Below the pieces are notes generated by a model. That model was not told the origin of the DNA. It saw nothing but the letters and a program-made list of their open reading frames with translations, and did not search any database. Positions 58,831-64,000 of a stretch of DNA of 64,000 nt are shown here, one piece after another (position 1 is the first letter of the stretch; every line of letters starts with the position of its first letter). This DNA comes from Terriglobales bacterium (GTDB lineage Bacteria; Acidobacteriota; Terriglobia; Terriglobales; SCQP01), in NCBI GenBank assembly GCA_035531375.1, contig DATKSZ010000014.1:23031-87030 (forward strand). Reading direction: 5' to 3'. A program made the position numbers and the translations under genes.

Positions 58831-61576
58831 CCGCGACATCGGCCCCTTCGAGGTGCTGGAAAAGCTGGGCGCCGGCGGCATGGGCGTGGTCTTCCAGGCC
58901 CGCGACCGCCGCCTCAATCGCCTGGTGGCGCTCAAGCTCCTGCCCGAGGCCTCCAGCGACGCCGCCCGCGAGCGCTTTCAGCGCGAGGCCCTCGCCATCG
59001 CCGCCCTCAACCATCCCAACATCTGCACTTTGTACGAGGCCGGCGAGCACGCCGGCCAGCCCTACCTGGTGATGGAGCTGCTCGAGGGCGAAACCCTCCA
59101 CGACCGCCTCCGCCGCGGCCCCGTGCCCCTGCCCCAGCTCGTGCAATGGGGCGCGGAGATCGCCGACGCCCTGCAGGCCGCCCACGCCAAGGGCATCCTC
59201 CACCGCGACCTCAAGCCCGGCAACATCTTCATCACCCAGCGCGGCAGCGCCAAGGTGCTCGACTTCGGCCTGGCGCAGTTCGCCCTGGCCGGCGCCGCCG
59301 AGGCCGACGCCGCCACCCTCGCCGGCACCGCCCCCGGCGCCGCCGCCGGCAAGCAGCCGCTCACCACCCCCGGGGCCACCCTCGGCACCGCCGCCTACAT
59401 GTCGCCCGAGCAGGCCCGCGGCGAATTGCTCGACGCCCGCAGCGACCTCTTCAGCCTGGGCGTGGTGCTCTACGAGATGGCCGGCGGCCAGCCGCCCTTT
59501 CAAGGCCGCACCTCCGCCGATCTTTCCGCCGCCATCCTCATGCGCATCCCGCCGCCGCCCAGCTCGCTGCGCCCCGAGATCCCGCCCCGGCTCGACGACA
59601 TCATCGCCCAGTGCCTGGAGAAAGACCCCGATCTGCGCTTCCAGTCCGCCGCCGAGCTGCGCGTCGGCCTCCGCCGGCTGCTGGGAACCTCCTCCTCGGG
59701 TGCCCCCTCGTCCAGCCCCAACGTTCTCTCCACCCCCGGCCTGCCACCGCCCTCCACGCCCGCGCCCGCCTCCGCCACCGCGGTCGCCCCCGCGCCCCGC
59801 CCCCGCTGGGCCCTGCCCGCCGCCGCCTTCGTGGTGCTCGCGCTGGCCGCGCTGGCCTGGTGGCGTTGGCAGCCCCGCCCCGCCCCGCCGCCAGCCGCCG
59901 CGGCCAACCTCAGCTTCCGCCCCCTGACCTTCAGCGGGCAGGTGCAAGACGCCGCCATCTCTCCCGACGGCAAGTTCCTCGCCCACGTGGATGCCTCCCC
60001 GCAAGGCACCTCCCTCCATCTGCTCTCGGTCGCCAACGGTAGCGACGTCGAGATCATGCCCCCCGCCCCCGGCTGCTGCCAATCGCCTTCGTTCTCCCCC
60101 GACGGCAGCACCGTCTATTTTGTCGAGGACAAGACCCTGAAAGCCATTCCTGTGCTCGGCGGCGCGGTGCGCACCATCGCCAATGAAGTCTGCAGCGGCG
60201 CCGGCGTCTCCCCCGACGGCAAGCAGATCGCCTACCTGGCGGCCCGGCCCGCCGGCGACGAGCTGACCGTCGCGCTCGCCGATGGCTCCCAGGCCCACGT
60301 GCGCAGCGATCCCAGCCCCTCCGGCTACGACAGCCGCTGCTGGATCAACGGCCCCCTGTATCCCGACACCCCCGCCTGGTCCCCCGACGGCCGCTGGATC
60401 GCGGTCGAGCGCAGCGGCGCCGGCACCGACGTCACCGACCACGTCGTGCTGGTCGGCGCCGCCGACGGCCGCCTCCAGGAGCTGGGCCCCGACCTCCCCC
60501 GGTCCGCCTCCGACTTGGCCTGGCGGCCCGATGGCCGCGGCGTGCTGGTCACCGACTCCATCCCCAGCACCTCGCCCTCGCAGATTCGCGAGATCGCCTA
60601 CCCCGGCGGCCAACTCCTACAACTGACCCACGACCTCCAGGGCTTTGACCGCGTCACCATCGCCTCCCAGGCTGGCGGCGCCATAGCGCTGGTTCACAGC
60701 AACCCGCAGTACTCCGTCTGGCGCCAGGCCATCCCCGGCGGTGCCTTCGAGCCGTTGCCCGGCGGTGGCGCCGACCAAGATGGATTTTTCGGCTTGGCCT
60801 GGACACCCCAAGGCCAGCTCGTCAGCGTGCGCTTCCCCGCCGGTCAAAGCCAACTCTGGCTGGAGGGCGCCGGCCCGCCCCAACCCATCCCGGTCGGCAA
60901 CCTCCCCACCTTTTTCATGGACCCCAACGTCTCTCCCAGCGGGCAAATTGTTTTTCAGGGCCTCAACCCTGCCGGAACCTGGAACATCTGGCGCGTGGAC
61001 CTGCAAGGGACCGGCCTGGCCAATCTCACCCCCGGCCTCAACGCCATCAACCCGGTCCTGGTGGAGGGCGGCAAATCGGTGGCCTTTCTGAACATGTACG
61101 CCGCCGGCAACGCCTCCCATCAGCGCCTCTGGATCGTGCCGCTGGCGGGCGGAGCCCCCCGCAAGACCTCGCCGATCGAGCTCTATACCAATTTCGGGCT
61201 TCCCCTGCCCGACCCAGAACGCGTCTTGGCGCCCGCCATGGTGCCCAACAGCAGCGTCGGCGACGTGGTCGAGATTAGCCTCAACGGCGCCGCGCCCATC
61301 GTCGTGAAGCCGCGCGAGTCCCGCGGCAGCTTCGCCGCCCCCTACGCCACCACCCCCGACGGGCGCGCCCTCGCCGGGGTCATCACCGATGGCAATACCG
61401 GCAACATCTGGGCCGCTCCGCTCGACGGCGGCCCGCTCTACGCCATCACCCATTTCACCGACCTCACGATCGCCGCCTACGCCTTCTCCCGCGACGGCCG
61501 CCTGGCCGTCAGCCGCGGCTCCCAGAACAGCGACGCCGTGGTCGCCACCGGCCTCGCCCCCGCTGGGCATCGGTAA
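58820..61576 (+). CDS. Ser/Thr protein kinase with TM segment and C-terminal TolB-like beta-propeller repeats (paralog of the upstream gene)
   Basis: ATG 58820 overlaps the upstream gene by 11 nt. The architecture is the same and the termini are near-identical: [39 protein letters not shown] versus [39 protein letters not shown], and [23 protein letters not shown] versus FTDLRIAAYAFSHDGRLALSRGS. Confidence 0.9.
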   Translation: MPTNRDIGPFEVLEKLGAGGMGVVFQARDRRLNRLVALKLLPEASSDAARERFQREALAIAALNHPNICTLYEAGEHAGQPYLVMELLEGETLHDRLRRGPVPLPQLVQWGAEIADALQAAHAKGILHRDLKPGNIFITQRGSAKVLDFGLAQFALAGAAEADAATLAGTAPGAAAGKQPLTTPGATLGTAAYMSPEQARGELLDARSDLFSLGVVLYEMAGGQPPFQGRTSADLSAAILMRIPPPPSSLRPEIPPRLDDIIAQCLEKDPDLRFQSAAELRVGLRRLLGTSSSGAPSSSPNVLSTPGLPPPSTPAPASATAVAPAPRPRWALPAAAFVVLALAALAWWRWQPRPAPPPAAAANLSFRPLTFSGQVQDAAISPDGKFLAHVDASPQGTSLHLLSVANGSDVEIMPPAPGCCQSPSFSPDGSTVYFVEDKTLKAIPVLGGAVRTIANEVCSGAGVSPDGKQIAYLAARPAGDELTVALADGSQAHVRSDPSPSGYDSRCWINGPLYPDTPAWSPDGRWIAVERSGAGTDVTDHVVLVGAADGRLQELGPDLPRSASDLAWRPDGRGVLVTDSIPSTSPSQIREIAYPGGQLLQLTHDLQGFDRVTIASQAGGAIALVHSNPQYSVWRQAIPGGAFEPLPGGGADQDGFFGLAWTPQGQLVSVRFPAGQSQLWLEGAGPPQPIPVGNLPTFFMDPNVSPSGQIVFQGLNPAGTWNIWRVDLQGTGLANLTPGLNAINPVLVEGGKSVAFLNMYAAGNASHQRLWIVPLAGGAPRKTSPIELYTNFGLPLPDPERVLAPAMVPNSSVGDVVEISLNGAAPIVVKPRESRGSFAAPYATTPDGRALAGVITDGNTGNIWAAPLDGGPLYAITHFTDLTIAAYAFSRDGRLAVSRGSQNSDAVVATGLAPAGHR

Positions 61577-61604
61577 TCGCCGCCGCTCGCGGTATCATGC
61601 TGCC

Positions 61605-63566
61605 ATGGCGGACACGCTCCCGGCCCTCTTTCCCCCCTCCCCCGCGTTTTCCGCCCGCGCCCACGTCTCTAGCCGCGCCGCCTACGATGAACTCCGCCAG
61701 CGCGCCCTCGCCGACCCCCAAGCCTTCTGGAGCGAAAAGGCCCGCGCCGAGCTCCACTGGTTCCAGCCCTTCCACACCGCCCTCGACTGGCAGCCTCCCT
61801 TCGCCCAGTGGTTCGTCGGCGGCAAGATCAACGCCAGCTACAACTGCCTCGACCGCCACCTCGAGGGCTGGCGCCGCAACAAGGCCGCCCTCATCTGGGA
61901 GGGCGAGAACTTCGAGCAGCGCATCCTCACCTACCAGGACCTCCATCGCCGCGTCTCCAAGCTCGCCAACGCCCTGAAACGGCTGGGCTACACCGCCGGC
62001 GACCGGGCCATCATTTATTTGCCCATGATCCCCGAGGCCGCCGTCGCCATGCTGGCCTGCGCCCGTCTCGGCATCATCCACTCCGTCGTCTTCGCCGGCT
62101 TCTCCTCCGAAGCCCTGCGCACCCGCATGGACGACCTCGAGGCCCAACTGGTCATCACCGCCGACGGCGGCCGCCGCCGCGGCCGCGAGGTCCCGCTCAA
62201 GCAGAACGTGGACGCCGCCCTGGAACACTGCCCCGGCGTGCGCCACGCCCTCGTCTACCGCCATCTCGGCAGCGCCGTCGCCATGCGCCCCGGCCGCGAC
62301 CTCGACTGGACCGAACTGCTGCGCGGCGAGAGCGAAACCTGCCCCGCCACCCCGCTCGACAGCGAGCATCCCCTCTTCGTGCTCTACACCAGCGGCACCA
62401 CCGGCAAGCCCAAGGGCGTGGTCCACTCCACCGCCGGCTACCTGCTCCAGGTGCAGGCCACCATGCGCTGGGTCTTCGACCTGCGCGACGAGGACGTCTA
62501 CTGGTGCACCGCCGACATCGGCTGGGTCACCGGACACAGCTACATCATCTACGGCCCGCTCGCCGCCGGCGCCACCACCCTCATGTACGAGGGCGCCCCC
62601 GACTGGCCCGAGCCCGACCGCTTCTGGCGCCTGATCGCCAAGCACCGCGTCAACCTCTTCTACACCTCGCCCACCGCCATCCGCAGCTTCATCCGCCACG
62701 GCGACGCCTTCCCCGCCCGCCACGACCTTTCGAGCTTGCGGCTGCTGGGTTCGGTGGGCGAGCCCATCAACCCCTCCGCCTGGCGCTGGTACCACGAGGT
62801 GATCGGCAACGGCCGCTGCCCCATCGTGGACACCTGGTGGCAGACCGAGACCGGCAGCATCCTGCTCTCCCCCGTCCCCGGCGCGGTGGCCACCAAGCCC
62901 GGCTCCGCCACCCTGCCCCTGCCCGGCATTGACCCCGAAATCGTGGACCTCCAGGGCCAGCCCGTCCCCACCGGCCAGCAGGGCTACCTCATCTTGCGCA
63001 CCCCCTGGCCCTCGATGCTGCGCGGCCTCTACCGCGACCCCGAGCGCTACCAGGAGAGCTACTGGTCGCGCTACCCCGGCGCCTATTTCACCGGCGACGC
63101 CGCCCACCGCGACGCCGACGGCTACTACTGGATCCTCGGCCGCGTGGACGACGTCATCAACGTCAGCGGCCACCGCATGAGCACCATGGAGGTCGAGTCG
63201 GTGATGGTGCGCCACCCCGCCGTCGCCGAGGCCGCCGCCGTCGGCCGCCCCGACCAGCTCAAGGGCCAGGCCCTGGTCGTCTTTTGCACCCTCAAGGGCG
63301 CCGCCGCCCCCAGCGCCGAGCTCGAGGCCGAATTGCGCCAGTGGGTCGCCACCGAGATCGGCGCCTTCGCCCGCCCCGACGAGGTCCGCCTGGTCGAGGG
63401 CCTGCCCAAGACCCGCAGCGGCAAGATCATGCGCCGCCTGCTGCGCGAGCTGGTCGCCACCGCCCAGGTCCTGGGCGACACCACCACGCTCGAGGACTAC
63501 TCCGTCCTGCTCAACCTCAGCGGCGAGGGCAAGGACGAAGAAGAGCTGCTCGGCAAAGACGGCTAG
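61605..63566 (+). CDS. acs: Acetyl-CoA synthetase (AMP-forming)
   Basis: Track ORF trimmed to ATG 61605. [51 protein letters not shown] and [12 protein letters not shown] are all present. Confidence 0.95.
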   Translation: MADTLPALFPPSPAFSARAHVSSRAAYDELRQRALADPQAFWSEKARAELHWFQPFHTALDWQPPFAQWFVGGKINASYNCLDRHLEGWRRNKAALIWEGENFEQRILTYQDLHRRVSKLANALKRLGYTAGDRAIIYLPMIPEAAVAMLACARLGIIHSVVFAGFSSEALRTRMDDLEAQLVITADGGRRRGREVPLKQNVDAALEHCPGVRHALVYRHLGSAVAMRPGRDLDWTELLRGESETCPATPLDSEHPLFVLYTSGTTGKPKGVVHSTAGYLLQVQATMRWVFDLRDEDVYWCTADIGWVTGHSYIIYGPLAAGATTLMYEGAPDWPEPDRFWRLIAKHRVNLFYTSPTAIRSFIRHGDAFPARHDLSSLRLLGSVGEPINPSAWRWYHEVIGNGRCPIVDTWWQTETGSILLSPVPGAVATKPGSATLPLPGIDPEIVDLQGQPVPTGQQGYLILRTPWPSMLRGLYRDPERYQESYWSRYPGAYFTGDAAHRDADGYYWILGRVDDVINVSGHRMSTMEVESVMVRHPAVAEAAAVGRPDQLKGQALVVFCTLKGAAAPSAELEAELRQWVATEIGAFARPDEVRLVEGLPKTRSGKIMRRLLRELVATAQVLGDTTTLEDYSVLLNLSGEGKDEEELLGKDG

Positions 63567-63580
63567 ACTACAGGCCATCG

Positions 63581-63858
63581 GGTGGTGGGCGCGGGCCCCT
63601 GCGCGGCTGCGCCGCGCGTCCCGCTTGTGCTCACGCCGGCTTGGGGGCCCCGCGGCCCCAAGCCGGCGCTGCGCTGCTTCACTGCCCGGGGGGGCCGCGC
63701 CGATTCGCTTCCCGGGGGCGCAGACGCGCCCCGGGCGCGTCTGCCCCTGCGGAATTACGACCCCCCCAGAGCCCGAGGCGGGCTCTGGGGGCCCCGGTTC
63801 GCAGCCTTTCGCGCCGATTTTGCCAGCAGGCAAAGCGGCGCGACCCCCGCGATCGGCC
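63581..63858. repeat. Multi-hairpin GC-rich repeat element, copy B (278 bp, with one extra hairpin module)
   Basis: This is the same element as 53439-53661, lying intergenic 15 nt after the acs stop. An extra perfect 13-bp-stem hairpin lies at 63763-63791 (CCCCCAGAGCCCG-agg-CGGGCTCTGGGGG). Confidence 0.75.
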
Positions 63859-64000
63859 GGAGGCTGCAGCAAAGGCACGCGCCGCTCCAAGCCGTTGAGC
63901 CCCTCGGCCTAAAGCAGCACGTTGGCGTCGAGGGCGACCCTCACCGCTCGTGCATCTCGTCCCGGCTCTACTCGCAGCGCAGCGCCGCCAGCGGGTCCAC

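Noticed and set aside
63859-64000. Possible remnant of a second CxxCH-type gene beside repeat copy B, where minus-strand translation gives ...AEGLNGLERRVP versus ...DNGLEASPRE next to copy A. Also a 33-nt ORF end (stop at 63968-63970, minus strand) running off the window.
   Set aside because: The shared NGLE is only four residues at a different spacing, and a stop codon lies immediately upstream. The terminal ORF fragment is too short to call anything.

Overview
This is a very GC-rich bacterial chromosomal segment. The protein architectures point to Acidobacteriota, which is an inference only: a TonB-dependent receptor with a carboxypeptidase-regulatory-like N-terminus, Ser/Thr kinases fused to TolB-like beta-propellers, and M61, M14 and M23 peptidases.

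I can support about 58 protein-coding genes and one tRNA-Glu(CUC). I see no rRNA, CRISPR array, transposase, integrase or phage genes.

Most of the window is core housekeeping: rplM-rpsI, rpsB-tsf-pyrH-frr, accB-accC, trxB, a cyclophilin, leuC-leuD, thiC, thiE, ruvA, mqnA, pgsA and acs. These are interspersed with transporters, peptidases and signalling proteins.

Gene starts were re-derived by hand, because the ORF track prints M for GTG and TTG starts and many track ORFs are over-extended. Many genes are translationally coupled through ATGA or GTGA overlaps.

The most unusual content, in order of interest:

1. **Multi-hairpin repeat.** A roughly 220-280 bp repeat occurs twice, at 53439-53661 and 63581-63858. 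Its stems are preserved by compensatory substitutions while the loops differ. One copy carries an extra perfect hairpin module. The other copy sits in frame inside a small CxxCH (cytochrome c-like) ORF, which resembles Rickettsia palindromic elements.
2. **GntR-controlled divergent locus (1-13962).** It pairs a TonB receptor / 1465-aa M14-like protein / MFS / DUF2891-like operon with gntR-hyuA-hyuB. GTATAC-core palindromes sit on both predicted promoters.
3. **Smaller items.** These include two tandem, overlapping paralogous kinase-propeller genes, an orphan intrinsic-terminator-like hairpin, and a thiC leader without a recognisable thi-box.

I did not find a convincing complete novel multi-gene system such as a defence or mobile system. 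Nothing here was checked against a database. All family names come from motif recognition by eye.
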